From a virus (taxonomy: Duplodnaviria > Caudoviricetes), in the IMG/VR virus record IMGVR_UViG_3300011337_000090, positions 1-39,631 of that record: a stretch of DNA of 39,631 nucleotides; one strand, 5' to 3'. Both the position numbers and the translations under genes were made by a program. Below, in pieces: positions 25,094-34,392 of this stretch; the stretch's first letter is position 1, and each line of letters begins with the position of its first letter. The notes under the pieces were generated by a model, which was given only the letters and a program-made list of their open reading frames with translations, was not told the origin of the DNA and made no database searches.

Positions 25094-27628
25094 ATGGCTA
25101 TTAAATTTCTTGACGATGCTGAACAACCAAGCACTATTCGATTCTTAGACAATGCTCCTGTTAGCCGTGAAGAATTGATTAGCCAGATTCCAACAGGAGG
25201 CACTCCTACAGTGCCTTTGACTGCTCCTGTCCCGTCCGCTAACGAGCGTATGGTGCGTAACCTGACTGCTGGAGTTGCTACTGTTCCTGCTGTGGCTATC
25301 CCTGCAAAACTGTTTCAGATGGGGACGGTAGGCACACGGGCGGCTCCTTATGGACAAGCTGCTGCTAATCTTTTTGTTCCTAAGTCCGGTGCAGATTTGG
25401 CTCGTCAAACAGCCTTGAGCGCAGGAACTGCTGTAGGGGCAGGTGAAATTGGTCAAGCGGTTGCGGAGAAGACAGGCGAAGAGTACCGTTTACCCGCTGA
25501 GATGGCTGCTGGCTTAGGTCTTGCCTTGCCTGCTAACTCTATGTTGACAGCAGGTGAGCTTGGAGTCAAAGGTTTAATTAATCGAGCAACAGGTAAAGAG
25601 TTCTTTGATTTCGGCACACAAGCAGCTACTACTTTCGGCGCAGCTAGAGCAGAAGCCCGTTTGCGTACTGCTATGCAGTCTAATCCTGATTTGGCTGCTG
25701 ACTTGGCAAGAGCTTCTGAAATTGAGCAGATGACAGGGGTTAAACTGCCTATTCCTGCTGCTGCTAAAGGAGACACTACTCTAACCGGATTGCTGGCCTC
25801 TCAGACATCCCGTGGCGAGAATGCTGCTTTTACAGCGGCAATTAAGCAACAGGAAAAGGATGCACTAGAAGCTGTTAAAACAGCCCAGAAACAGTTAGCC
25901 GGTGATCCTCGCAATGCTGCATTGACTGCCGAAGTTGAGGCTAAGAAACTGGCCTATGAAAACTCTCGTCGCGAGACTGCTTATGCAATGAAGCAGGCTA
26001 ACATTGAGCGCCAGATCGGAGGAATTGAGACACGCATCCAAGACCTGACTTCTGATGCTTTGATGGTCCCGGCAGGTAAGGAAGACGTAGGTAATCGTGT
26101 TACCAACTTACTGAATGCCCGTGAAGCAGTCATCCGAGAAGAGTTTAAACCACTGTATGAAAATGTCTTGAAAGATGCTTCTAAACAAGGCATTGAGATG
26201 GAGTCTCCTGTGGTTGCAAGTCTGTGGAACTTTGTGAAACAGCGTCAGGCAGAAGATGTGTTCAACAAGTTTCCTGCTTTGGACTCAGCGATTAAGAAAG
26301 TTTTGGCCCCCACAAAAGCTCCTGTAAGTGGGGCATTTGCTGCTAAGTATCCTAATTTAGTCAAGTCTGTTGAAGGTACGTTCAAGCCAATGGACGTTAA
26401 TTCTATCGACTCATTGAAGCGAGGTATTAACCGAGCTATTGGCGACACTCAAGACAAGGACCAGTTGCGTATGTTGTACGAACTGAAGAACCGTTTTGAT
26501 GAGTCCCTGAGCACGCTGCCTGAGGATTTTGTGCAGTCATACAAAGGCTTAGACAAACAGTATGCTGAAAAGCTTGGTATTCCTTTTAGCGAAGCAGGGG
26601 TCGTATCCGTTGACCGGGCCCGCTTTGTTGAGTCCACTGTACCTATGCTGACAAGCAAGCCTTCAGCTATTCGCCAGATTCTGGCAGCTACTGACAACTC
26701 GCCAGAGGCTGCGAAGATCATTGAAGATGCTTTCTTGATGAAGATTAGCCAGACTAACGGTATTGTTAATCCTAATACTTTGTCTGTTAATCCTGCTGCT
26801 TTGCAATCTTTCTTGCGTAAGAACACAGAGGCTATTGACCAAGTTCCCGGCTTACGTGATAAGCTTGAGAAACTGTCTTCAAATGTTGATAGTTTGCTCA
26901 GCAACCGTGAGCGGTTACTTGACATGCAGAAGAACGCAGCTATTGGCAAGATTGAGAATGTCTGGTCTCGTGCTTACGGTCAAACAGGAGGCTTTGAAGG
27001 ATTTGTGAACCGTGCTTTGGATAACCCTGAAGAACTCAAGCAGCTTATGGCTGCCGCAGGTTCAGATAGTACTCTTCAACGTGGCTTGAAAGCTGTTGTC
27101 CTTGACTTAGGGTTAAAATCTTCTAACAAGTTAGGTTTCTTTGAGGATAAAGCGCAGACAATCAATGCTCTGTTTGGTAAGGACCATGCACAGAATGTGA
27201 AGGCTTTGTTGGAGGCTTCTGAGCGGTTAGCTAAGAATCCAGTAATGGCTAAGATCAACCAGTCGTTGACTCAAACAACTCGCTTTGAGGAGTTAACAGG
27301 CTCTGATCCTGCTCGCGCTGCTTCTCTGCTTCGTCAGCAAGTGCAAAGTACGTTTTACAAGGTGTCTACTCTTTTGAGTAAATTCCTCCAGAACAAATCT
27401 GCAAAGTCCGAGAACACAGAGATTCAGGAATTTCTTAGCAACCCTAAGAATGTGAAGGATATGTCTGAAGCTATCAAAGCACTTGAAACAGGAACTGAGC
27501 AGGGATTCAAAAAGGCTAAAGCCATCGGAGGCAAGCTTTTAGGCAATGCTTCTACTGCTGCTTTGATTGGTGCTTCTGCTCCTGCACGTATCATTGAACG
27601 TGACGAAGTGGCTAACCCTGAGGAGTAA
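25094..27628 (+). CDS. Large internal virion/ejection protein
   Basis: 844 aa, helical with Gly/Ala hydrophobic segments; last gene before lysis. Confidence 0.65.
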   Translation: MAIKFLDDAEQPSTIRFLDNAPVSREELISQIPTGGTPTVPLTAPVPSANERMVRNLTAGVATVPAVAIPAKLFQMGTVGTRAAPYGQAAANLFVPKSGADLARQTALSAGTAVGAGEIGQAVAEKTGEEYRLPAEMAAGLGLALPANSMLTAGELGVKGLINRATGKEFFDFGTQAATTFGAARAEARLRTAMQSNPDLAADLARASEIEQMTGVKLPIPAAAKGDTTLTGLLASQTSRGENAAFTAAIKQQEKDALEAVKTAQKQLAGDPRNAALTAEVEAKKLAYENSRRETAYAMKQANIERQIGGIETRIQDLTSDALMVPAGKEDVGNRVTNLLNAREAVIREEFKPLYENVLKDASKQGIEMESPVVASLWNFVKQRQAEDVFNKFPALDSAIKKVLAPTKAPVSGAFAAKYPNLVKSVEGTFKPMDVNSIDSLKRGINRAIGDTQDKDQLRMLYELKNRFDESLSTLPEDFVQSYKGLDKQYAEKLGIPFSEAGVVSVDRARFVESTVPMLTSKPSAIRQILAATDNSPEAAKIIEDAFLMKISQTNGIVNPNTLSVNPAALQSFLRKNTEAIDQVPGLRDKLEKLSSNVDSLLSNRERLLDMQKNAAIGKIENVWSRAYGQTGGFEGFVNRALDNPEELKQLMAAAGSDSTLQRGLKAVVLDLGLKSSNKLGFFEDKAQTINALFGKDHAQNVKALLEASERLAKNPVMAKINQSLTQTTRFEELTGSDPARAASLLRQQVQSTFYKVSTLLSKFLQNKSAKSENTEIQEFLSNPKNVKDMSEAIKALETGTEQGFKKAKAIGGKLLGNASTAALIGASAPARIIERDEVANPEE

Positions 27629-27630
27629 CT

Positions 27631-28014
27631 ATGACATTCTCATTCGGAACCAGAAGCAAGGAACGCTTACAAGGCGTACACCCTGATCTAGTGAAAGTGC
27701 TAGAGGAGGCTATCAAAGAGTCTCCTTTGGACTTCTCCATCACCGAAGGACTACGTACCAAGGAGCGTCAGAAGGCGCTCTTTGATGCAGGGAAGTCTCA
27801 GACGATGAACAGCAGACATCTGACAGGTAAGGCTGTGGACATTGCTGTTATCAAAGATGGTGAAGTTACTTGGGACGCTAAGTATTACATTCCTGTGATC
27901 GACCATATCAAGAAGATAGCTAAGTCGATGGATATTCCTATTGTATCCGGAGGTGATTGGATTACATTCAAAGATTATCCGCATATCGAATTACACAGGA
28001 GTAAGTACATATGA
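27631..28014 (+). CDS. Endolysin, M15 family (L-Ala-D-Glu) peptidase
   Basis: ITEGLRT..RQ, SRHLTGKAVD, GGDW..KDYPHIEL. Confidence 0.92.
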   Translation: MTFSFGTRSKERLQGVHPDLVKVLEEAIKESPLDFSITEGLRTKERQKALFDAGKSQTMNSRHLTGKAVDIAVIKDGEVTWDAKYYIPVIDHIKKIAKSMDIPIVSGGDWITFKDYPHIELHRSKYI

Positions 28015-28415
28015 TCGAACTGCTATTACCTTTCGCAGGCAAAATCTTAGATAAGTTCTTCCCTGACCCTGCTCAAAAGGCAGAGGCTCAGGTGAAGTTA
28101 CTTGAGTTGGCTCAATCGGGCGAACTTGCTAAGATGGCTAATGAGACTGAGCTGTTCAAGACAGAGCAGGATAACCTCACAGGCCGTCACGTAGCTGATA
28201 TGGCTTCTGACTCTTGGCTGTCCAAGAACATCAGGCCATTGACACTTGTAGCTATCTTCACTGGTTACTTTACCTTTGGCATCATGGATGCTAACGGCAT
28301 CAAGGCCAATGAGACCTATGTGCAGCTCTTAGGTCAATGGGGTATGTTGGTTATGTCCTTCTACTTTGGTGGACGTACTTTAGAAAAGATTATGGAAATC
28401 AAAGGAAAGAAGTGA
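28011..28415 (+). CDS. Holin (3-TM/GTA-holin-like)
   Basis: SDSWLSKNIRP, TM segments, FYFGGRTLEK. Confidence 0.8.
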   Translation: MIELLLPFAGKILDKFFPDPAQKAEAQVKLLELAQSGELAKMANETELFKTEQDNLTGRHVADMASDSWLSKNIRPLTLVAIFTGYFTFGIMDANGIKANETYVQLLGQWGMLVMSFYFGGRTLEKIMEIKGKK

Positions 28416-28416
28416 C

Positions 28417-28641
28417 ATGTCAGAAGAAGTATCACACAAAGAAATCTATGAAAGGCTCTGTAAGGTAGAAACCAAGGTGGATAAGGTTGCAGAGGACACC
28501 GAAGGCATGGTTAAAGCCTTCAACGCTGCCTCCGGAGCTTTTACCGTCCTTGAATGGGTTGCTAAGGTAGCTAAGCCGTTACTGTGGATTGTAGCTACGG
28601 TGACAGCATTTGTGACTATTGCACATAACACCAAGCCATAA
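28417..28641 (+). CDS. Small coiled-coil plus TM protein (lysis accessory?)
   Basis: IYERLCKVETKVD; C-terminal hydrophobic helix. Confidence 0.6.
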   Translation: MSEEVSHKEIYERLCKVETKVDKVAEDTEGMVKAFNAASGAFTVLEWVAKVAKPLLWIVATVTAFVTIAHNTKP

Positions 28642-28647
28642 ACAAAT

Positions 28648-28682
28648 AAGGCCACTAGAGTTGACGCTCTAGTGGCCTTTTT
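28648..28682. terminator. Intrinsic terminator at the convergence of the two arms (probably bidirectional)
   Basis: 13-bp stem AAGGCCACTAGAG-TTGACG-CTCTAGTGGCCTT, T-run on +, TATTTGTTT on -. Confidence 0.9.
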
Positions 28683-28685
28683 CAT

Positions 28686-29309
28686 TTACTCTTCAGTTTC
28701 TTCCTTAACTTTCTTAGGCTTAGGATTGCTCAGCCCATTCAGATATCGGTAACGCTTACCCATGCGCTTAATCGCCTCGTCAGAGTCAAACCAGAACTCC
28801 TTACCGTTCTTCAGTTCCTCCAGCTCCTTATCCGTCAAGAACCCTTTGTAGGCTTGGTCAAGTAGCTTGTTGATCTGTCTCGTAGCGAAGTCAGTCTGGC
28901 CTTTGACATTCGGCACAGTACCAATGGAACCGTAATGAGCAGTATGAAGCATGAACTCAGCAGAATCAGCAATATAACATTCGGGAGCCATACAAGCCAA
29001 CATACTAGCTGCTGAGTACGCAGCACCGATAACCGTAACAGATACATCACCTCGACATCCTTTCATTGCTTCGATGATCTGCCAGATAGAGTCGGTACGT
29101 CCACCTGAGCTATTCACCAACATATTAACTGAATCATTCTCGTTGCAAGTAGCCAAGCAATGGATCACATCACGGTAGTTACTAGGAGCGGTAATGTCAT
29201 CGTCAATGAACACCAAGTGAGTATTCATCTGCTGAGTGATAGTACGGATCAAGCCCTTCTGCTCTGGCATCATCATCATTAGTTCTTCAATGTTCTCGTT
29301 AGCTTTCAT
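28686..29309 (-). CDS. clpP: ClpP-like (S14) serine protease
   Basis: VNSSGG, GAAYSAAS (Ser), FMLH (His), EFWFDSDEA. Confidence 0.8.
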   Translation of the reverse strand: MKANENIEELMMMMPEQKGLIRTITQQMNTHLVFIDDDITAPSNYRDVIHCLATCNENDSVNMLVNSSGGRTDSIWQIIEAMKGCRGDVSVTVIGAAYSAASMLACMAPECYIADSAEFMLHTAHYGSIGTVPNVKGQTDFATRQINKLLDQAYKGFLTDKELEELKNGKEFWFDSDEAIKRMGKRYRYLNGLSNPKPKKVKEETEE

Positions 29310-29542
29310 TCGTTCGTCCCAATCATCATTTTACCTGTCCGTGGTCTAAAAGACCAAACACAAGGAGGATCATAATCGTAGTCGTAATCAATTTCAATAA
29401 GATAGATATTGACTGTATCCTCATCTTTAATTTTATTTGCCTCTATTTTTGCTAGCTGCATCGTTGAGAACACTGCACGAGGAATTTCCCCTTCATAGTC
29501 TGTTCCTGTCGTGAGTAAAAAAATTTCGTTAGTTTTAGCCAC
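29306..29542 (-). CDS. Hypothetical protein
   Basis: Coupled ORF, AT-rich. Confidence 0.6.
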   Translation of the reverse strand: MAKTNEIFLLTTGTDYEGEIPRAVFSTMQLAKIEANKIKDEDTVNIYLIEIDYDYDYDPPCVWSFRPRTGKMMIGTNE

Positions 29543-29717
29543 AATATGTCATCTCCGTTGGTTTGATTGTAATAGAGTCGGTCTCTGTCCAGTCATCATA
29601 TAACTGAGTTAGCGTGGCGACTACTTCTGTTAGTCGTTCAGGAGTAACAAAGACACGCCTTTCGTCTAAATAATTCTGCTTCTTTAGTTGAACAATCCAC
29701 ATTTGATTTTGTTTCAC
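29535..29717 (-). CDS. Hypothetical protein
   Basis: GGAGG RBS; GTGA overlap. Confidence 0.6.
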   Translation of the reverse strand: MKQNQMWIVQLKKQNYLDERRVFVTPERLTEVVATLTQLYDDWTETDSITIKPTEMTYCG

Positions 29718-29971
29718 TTTTCCTCCTTAACAGGTACATACAGTGTGTTCAAGGTCTCAAATGAGCCATCATCGTGCTTTGCCACAACAATAGATGTACG
29801 GATATCATCTGCACCAAGAATAGGATGATCCAAACCAGAGACACGGGCATATTCTACCTCACCGTCTTCGTTTGCATACCGCCCATACGCTTTCTGGTGC
29901 ATAAAGGCTAGTTCGGACTTATAGAACTTAGCTGTTCCTATAAAGCGAACAACAGGTTTATTTTGTGTCAT
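29714..29971 (-). CDS. Hypothetical protein
   Basis: DHPILG..IRTS...FETLNTLY. Confidence 0.7.
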   Translation of the reverse strand: MTQNKPVVRFIGTAKFYKSELAFMHQKAYGRYANEDGEVEYARVSGLDHPILGADDIRTSIVVAKHDDGSFETLNTLYVPVKEEK

Positions 29972-30717
29972 ACACCATCCTCATAGTTAGTCTTGGCAAT
30001 AATATAGTTCTTAACTAAGGAGCTACGAACAATATCGTCAATGTAGAACTCAATCCGTACAAATTCCTTCATACGTCCTGCAATGTCAAAGAACTTCAGG
30101 ATGCCTGACTTATCATCCTTCTTCTTCAAGTCAGTCTGTCGGTAGTCGCCACAGAAGATAATCTTGGACTTATCACCAACACGAGTAATGATGGTGTCAA
30201 GCTCCTCGAAGGTCATATTCTGTACCTCATCTACGACAATGATACTGTTAGAGAATGTAGTCCCTCGGATGAACGAGGTAGACACAAACTCAATATGTCC
30301 TTGCTCTACCAGCCTATCCCAAGCATCCTTACGCTTGAACAGGTCACTACAGATTTGTCGATAGGGTTGAATGTACACCTCCATCTTCTCGTCTGCATCG
30401 CCCGGCAAGAAACCAATGTCACGACTCTGGACACTACTGCGGATCACAGTCACCTTGTTAAAGGGATTGTTTCGATCCATAGCCTCTTCCAAGGCTTTGT
30501 ACAAGGCAATGTATGTCTTACCTGTGCCTGCTACTCCGTGCAGGGCCATGAAGTAGTTGCTGGCCTGATACGCCTCGAAGAAGTCCATCTGCTTCTCAGT
30601 CTTAGGCTTGATAACTGTCATGTCATCTAGCTTCAACTTCAAGCTGTTACTGACCTTCTCACGAGGAGTCAGTTCCTTAGCTGGAATAGCTCTGCTCATT
30701 GTCTGTTTACTTGCCAT
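29968..30717 (-). CDS. phoH: PhoH-like ATPase
   Basis: GVAGTGKT, IGFLPG, FIRGTTF, VDEVQN, TRVG, GDYRQTD, DIVRS. Confidence 0.95.
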   Translation of the reverse strand: MASKQTMSRAIPAKELTPREKVSNSLKLKLDDMTVIKPKTEKQMDFFEAYQASNYFMALHGVAGTGKTYIALYKALEEAMDRNNPFNKVTVIRSSVQSRDIGFLPGDADEKMEVYIQPYRQICSDLFKRKDAWDRLVEQGHIEFVSTSFIRGTTFSNSIIVVDEVQNMTFEELDTIITRVGDKSKIIFCGDYRQTDLKKKDDKSGILKFFDIAGRMKEFVRIEFYIDDIVRSSLVKNYIIAKTNYEDGV

Positions 30718-30725
30718 ATTCTCCC

Positions 30726-30911
30726 TTACTCTTCGTTAATGAATTCTACATGTGGCATTTGTCGCACCTGTGGAAACTTCGCTAGGAAGTCCTCACGGGT
30801 CATGTCTTTGCCTACATTGATCTCTGTAAAGGACTCGCCCTCCTTAGTCAGACGAGCCTTCAGAGCCGTACAAGCAGGGCAGTTATCCTTGCTGTAGACT
30901 ACAATTTTCAT
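30726..30911 (-). CDS. Glutaredoxin/NrdH-like redoxin
   Basis: MKIVVYSKDNCPAC...RQMPHV; near RNR genes; start ATG 30911. Confidence 0.85.
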   Translation of the reverse strand: MKIVVYSKDNCPACTALKARLTKEGESFTEINVGKDMTREDFLAKFPQVRQMPHVEFINEE

Positions 30912-31084
30912 CAGAATTCCTCTACTCGCTGATCGAGAATCTCGTAATAAGCACACATCGCAGCTAATTGTTTACGGAGAAGATCAAAGTCCCCTTCTTT
31001 TGTATCCAGAAAAGATTCTAACTTACTAATCTTCATTGCTAACTCTTCTCGCTCAGTAAATACTCGTTTTTGCCATTCTTCCAT
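30911..31084 (-). CDS. 57-aa helical-hairpin protein (crAss001_48-like; possible immune-signal sponge)
   Basis: TAAGGAG RBS; hand-translated MEEWQKRVFTEREELAMKISKLESFLDTKEGDFDLLRKQLAAMCAYYEILDQRVEEF; TGATG overlap with the glutaredoxin gene. Confidence 0.7.
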   Translation of the reverse strand: MEEWQKRVFTEREELAMKISKLESFLDTKEGDFDLLRKQLAAMCAYYEILDQRVEEF

Positions 31085-31099
31085 GATACTTCTCCTTAA

Positions 31100-32809
31100 T
31101 TATGCGTGACAAGCAACACACTCACCAGAGCTGGCACTAACGCCTGCCTTGGTACGAATGTAATACAGACTCAAGATACGAGGGTCTTTAAACGCTGCCT
31201 TGTGTACAGCAGAGATGTGCTCCTCTGGATCATCTGCACCGAAGAACAGATTGATGGACTGACCTTGACAGATATAAGCCTGACGATCAGAAGCCTGCTG
31301 AAGGATCACATAAGGATCAATCTCAAAGGCTGTCTTGAACACCTGCTTCTCTTCATCGTTCATCCACGACACATGCTGGATAGAACCGTCATGGCTTGCA
31401 ATCTCAAGCAAGGTCTCACGACTGTACACACCTTCACGCTTCATAATCTCCAGCAGCTCAGGCACTACTCGAATTGTCTCCCCTCCGGCTCCCTGTTGGA
31501 CAAAGACATTTCCAATAAAAGGTTCAATGCCTTGTGATACCCCGCCCATGAGCTGGCTTGTTGACATGGTGGGAGCAACAGCAAGACGGTGTGTATTTCG
31601 GACTCCAAATCCTTGGCAATAAGCAGGCTCTCCAAGTTGTCCCGCGAGATACCGGCTTGCCTCTGTTGACTTCTTGTTAAGGTCATTGAATATCTCCACG
31701 TTAAGTTTCTGAGCTTGGAAGCTCTCAAAAGGAATCATCTTCTTGTGCAACAACGAGTGCCACCCAAGAACGCCAAGGCCTAGCGCACGGCTCTTTTCAG
31801 TACTCGCCACCGCCTTTTCAAAGCCTCTTTTGCCAGCAGCCATCGACAAGAACTCACTAGTAACACAATCAAGAAATACTGTCGCAGTAAATACAGCATC
31901 CGTGTCTTTCCACTCATCATACTTCTCCAAGTTCATAGAAGCCAAGATACAGGTGAATGTCTCTTCCTCACCACTGTGCAGCATGATCTCTGTACACAGG
32001 TTAGAGGCTTTAACATCCAAGTTGTGAGCTTTGTACATCTCAGGGCGAGCTGCTGCTACCTTATCGGTGAACAAGAAGTAGCCCTTACCTGTCAACATCT
32101 TCAGCTTCAACGCCTTCTGATAACGCTCAATAGCCTCAGGATGTCCGCTGTCCAAGGACTCCATGAAGTCATTGCTGATCGTCCAGCCCACGTTCGCATC
32201 ATCAGGGTTGTTCTTGACCCAATCAGCCAACTCGTTAAAGTCAGGATGATCGATAGGCAAGTAACCAGCCCAAGCACCTCGACGAGCAACACCTTGAGTT
32301 ACTCGCTTCATTGCGTCTACGTAGGTTTGAAATACAGGTAAAACTCCTGAAGCAGTTCCACCAGTGGCGATTTGCGAACCACGGGGACGAATGTCGCCAA
32401 GGTATCCGCTAGTGCCAAAGCCGTTCTTAGTGAGCACAGCAGTATCAAGTAGCTCACCATAGAAGTCAGCAACAGAATCACCAATGTACTGACCGCTACA
32501 AGCCACAGGCATCCCTTTGTTAGTGCCCAAGTTAGCCAGCGTAGGCGTTGAAGGACTAAGCCAGCCGTTCCAAATAACCTCAAAGAACTTTGCATACCAA
32601 TCTGTGCCATCCTTAGGTGCATGTTTAGCTGCCGTAGCAGCAATCTGTTCCACACGATTCTTAAAGCTTGTGGAGCCATCCATGTATTTTGACTTGAACA
32701 GTCCCCATCCCCCGGTATTATACCAAGTAGGTAGGCATCCTTGCTGTTGCAGACGCTTACGCTCAGCACTCAGGAACTCATACTTGTTATCCAACACTGC
32801 GCTTACCAT
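31100..32809 (-). CDS. nrdA: Class I ribonucleotide reductase alpha subunit (no ATP cone)
   Basis: SPSTP, VAC, GFGTSG, RRGA, SNLCTEI, LGLGVLG, APTMS, QGQSIN, SLYY, C-terminal CVAC. Confidence 0.95.
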   Translation of the reverse strand: MVSAVLDNKYEFLSAERKRLQQQGCLPTWYNTGGWGLFKSKYMDGSTSFKNRVEQIAATAAKHAPKDGTDWYAKFFEVIWNGWLSPSTPTLANLGTNKGMPVACSGQYIGDSVADFYGELLDTAVLTKNGFGTSGYLGDIRPRGSQIATGGTASGVLPVFQTYVDAMKRVTQGVARRGAWAGYLPIDHPDFNELADWVKNNPDDANVGWTISNDFMESLDSGHPEAIERYQKALKLKMLTGKGYFLFTDKVAAARPEMYKAHNLDVKASNLCTEIMLHSGEEETFTCILASMNLEKYDEWKDTDAVFTATVFLDCVTSEFLSMAAGKRGFEKAVASTEKSRALGLGVLGWHSLLHKKMIPFESFQAQKLNVEIFNDLNKKSTEASRYLAGQLGEPAYCQGFGVRNTHRLAVAPTMSTSQLMGGVSQGIEPFIGNVFVQQGAGGETIRVVPELLEIMKREGVYSRETLLEIASHDGSIQHVSWMNDEEKQVFKTAFEIDPYVILQQASDRQAYICQGQSINLFFGADDPEEHISAVHKAAFKDPRILSLYYIRTKAGVSASSGECVACHA

Positions 32810-33759
32810 ACAAAACCTTTCTCATTCCACTTACGATTATATTGGTTGCCCACACGACTAAAAAAGTCATGAATGGTACTAGAGCTGATGCCCAAGTAGA
32901 ACCATTCAGAGATTGTATCACCAGTTTCATCAAAGATACTGTCAAAGCCCAGATTGTTCAAGCATACGTTAGCTCGTGCGTTGACAAAGGCTTTCATCGC
33001 CACAGCATTGATGCCTTCAATGTCTCCTTGAGAGAACAACAGGTCAACAATACGGTGCTCATGATCCACCAAAGCCTTCGCTGCCTGATACACACGCTCC
33101 TTCATCCACTCCTTGTCCAGCTTGTTCTCTTCCATGTAGGTACGGAACAGCCAAGCACCTGCTTCGTGGTGGATGTTCTCATCTCGCACGGAGAAGTTGA
33201 TACCTGCTACAAGGTTACTCAGCTTGTTCTTACCGTTACTCTGGAAGTGCTTCAGGAAAGCAAAGCTAGAGTACAGGATACAGCCTTCCATCATTGAGAA
33301 GACAGCCAAGGAAAGGGGAATATCACGGCTACCAGCAATAGCATCCAAGTACCCGACACGGCTAGCCAGTACAGGATCATACTGCCAAGATTGATGGAAC
33401 TCTTCAGTAGCCAATCCAAGTAGTTCGTTAATGCGGTTATAAAAGCGTGCATGGACATTGCTTTCAAAGTAGCAGAAGGCATCGGCCATCAGGCCAATAT
33501 CAGGATGCTGAAAGTTAGGTTTAACAGTACCAGACCAATACTCATCACCAACAATACGCTCGTATTTCGTGAAGAGCTTGAGTGCAGTAGTAACACCATG
33601 GCGTTCAGCAGGAGTAAAGTCGGTAAGAATTGAGTGTACATCTTTTTCCAGATCAATCTCATCAAAGGTCCAAAACACACCATTCTGTTTATCGGCAAAG
33701 GCCAGAGCCTCTGGATAGTCGAAGGTGTACGCTGTCTTCTTAGTTAACAGGTTTCGCAT
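32803..33759 (-). CDS. nrdB: Class I ribonucleotide reductase beta subunit
   Basis: FWTFDEI, ESNVHARFY, EG..LYSSF, RDENIH, DFF...Y. Confidence 0.95.
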   Translation of the reverse strand: MRNLLTKKTAYTFDYPEALAFADKQNGVFWTFDEIDLEKDVHSILTDFTPAERHGVTTALKLFTKYERIVGDEYWSGTVKPNFQHPDIGLMADAFCYFESNVHARFYNRINELLGLATEEFHQSWQYDPVLASRVGYLDAIAGSRDIPLSLAVFSMMEGCILYSSFAFLKHFQSNGKNKLSNLVAGINFSVRDENIHHEAGAWLFRTYMEENKLDKEWMKERVYQAAKALVDHEHRIVDLLFSQGDIEGINAVAMKAFVNARANVCLNNLGFDSIFDETGDTISEWFYLGISSSTIHDFFSRVGNQYNRKWNEKGFVW

Positions 33760-33917
33760 CAGTAAATCTCTCTCATTAGTTGTTCTTGTTTATCTTCAAT
33801 GTAGTCTTCAAATCGCTCGATGATGTCATCACTATGGATGTTCAGTAACTCCAACAGCGTGACTTCATCGATACGTTGAAGCTTCTCTTTTAGTTCTTCA
33901 AACGTCAGATTTATCAT
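33759..33917 (-). CDS. 52-aa acidic phage protein
   Basis: Hand-translated MINLTFEELKEKLQRIDEVTLLELLNIHSDDIIERFEDYIEDKQEQLMREIY; TGATG overlap with nrdB. Confidence 0.7.
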   Translation of the reverse strand: MINLTFEELKEKLQRIDEVTLLELLNIHSDDIIERFEDYIEDKQEQLMREIY

Positions 33918-34392
33918 AGCTATCAATCAGCTTATCCAGATACCAGCGAGCTTTCTTCAAGTCCTCGATACCGTTCTTGTCCATGAAACGCATTAAATAT
34001 TGCATCATCTGTACGTAATCAGGAACAAACAAAGAGTTACGGGTAACGTAATGAGTAGGCATCTTGTCTACAAGCTTTTCAATCACATCGCGCACTTCAA
34101 TGCCTTCTTCTTTACGCAGATCCTCTGCTGCAAACAGCATATAGTGCTTAGGCTTCTCAACCGGATCATGAGTGATGCCCTTGTACGAAACCCAGAAGTC
34201 CTCATAAGCTACGCCATTAGTGTTATTGAACCAGTCATCAATAGCTTCCTTCAAAGGCTTTGCATCGTGGCTTGGTTTGGTCATGTAGACTGTTCCTTTC
34301 ACGTAGTTAGAATACCCAGTACAGGTGATACATGGAGCTTCTAAGTCCCTGTCCATTAGTGCATAGAAGCACGAATTACACTTGTTTTCCAT
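33898..34392 (-). CDS. DUF3310 / T7 gp1.7-like nucleotide kinase domain protein
   Basis: DPVEKPKHY...GIEVRDVI...YLMR..KNGIEDLKKARWYL; N-terminal Cys motif; start MENKC. Confidence 0.75.
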   Translation of the reverse strand: MENKCNSCFYALMDRDLEAPCITCTGYSNYVKGTVYMTKPSHDAKPLKEAIDDWFNNTNGVAYEDFWVSYKGITHDPVEKPKHYMLFAAEDLRKEEGIEVRDVIEKLVDKMPTHYVTRNSLFVPDYVQMMQYLMRFMDKNGIEDLKKARWYLDKLIDSYDKSDV

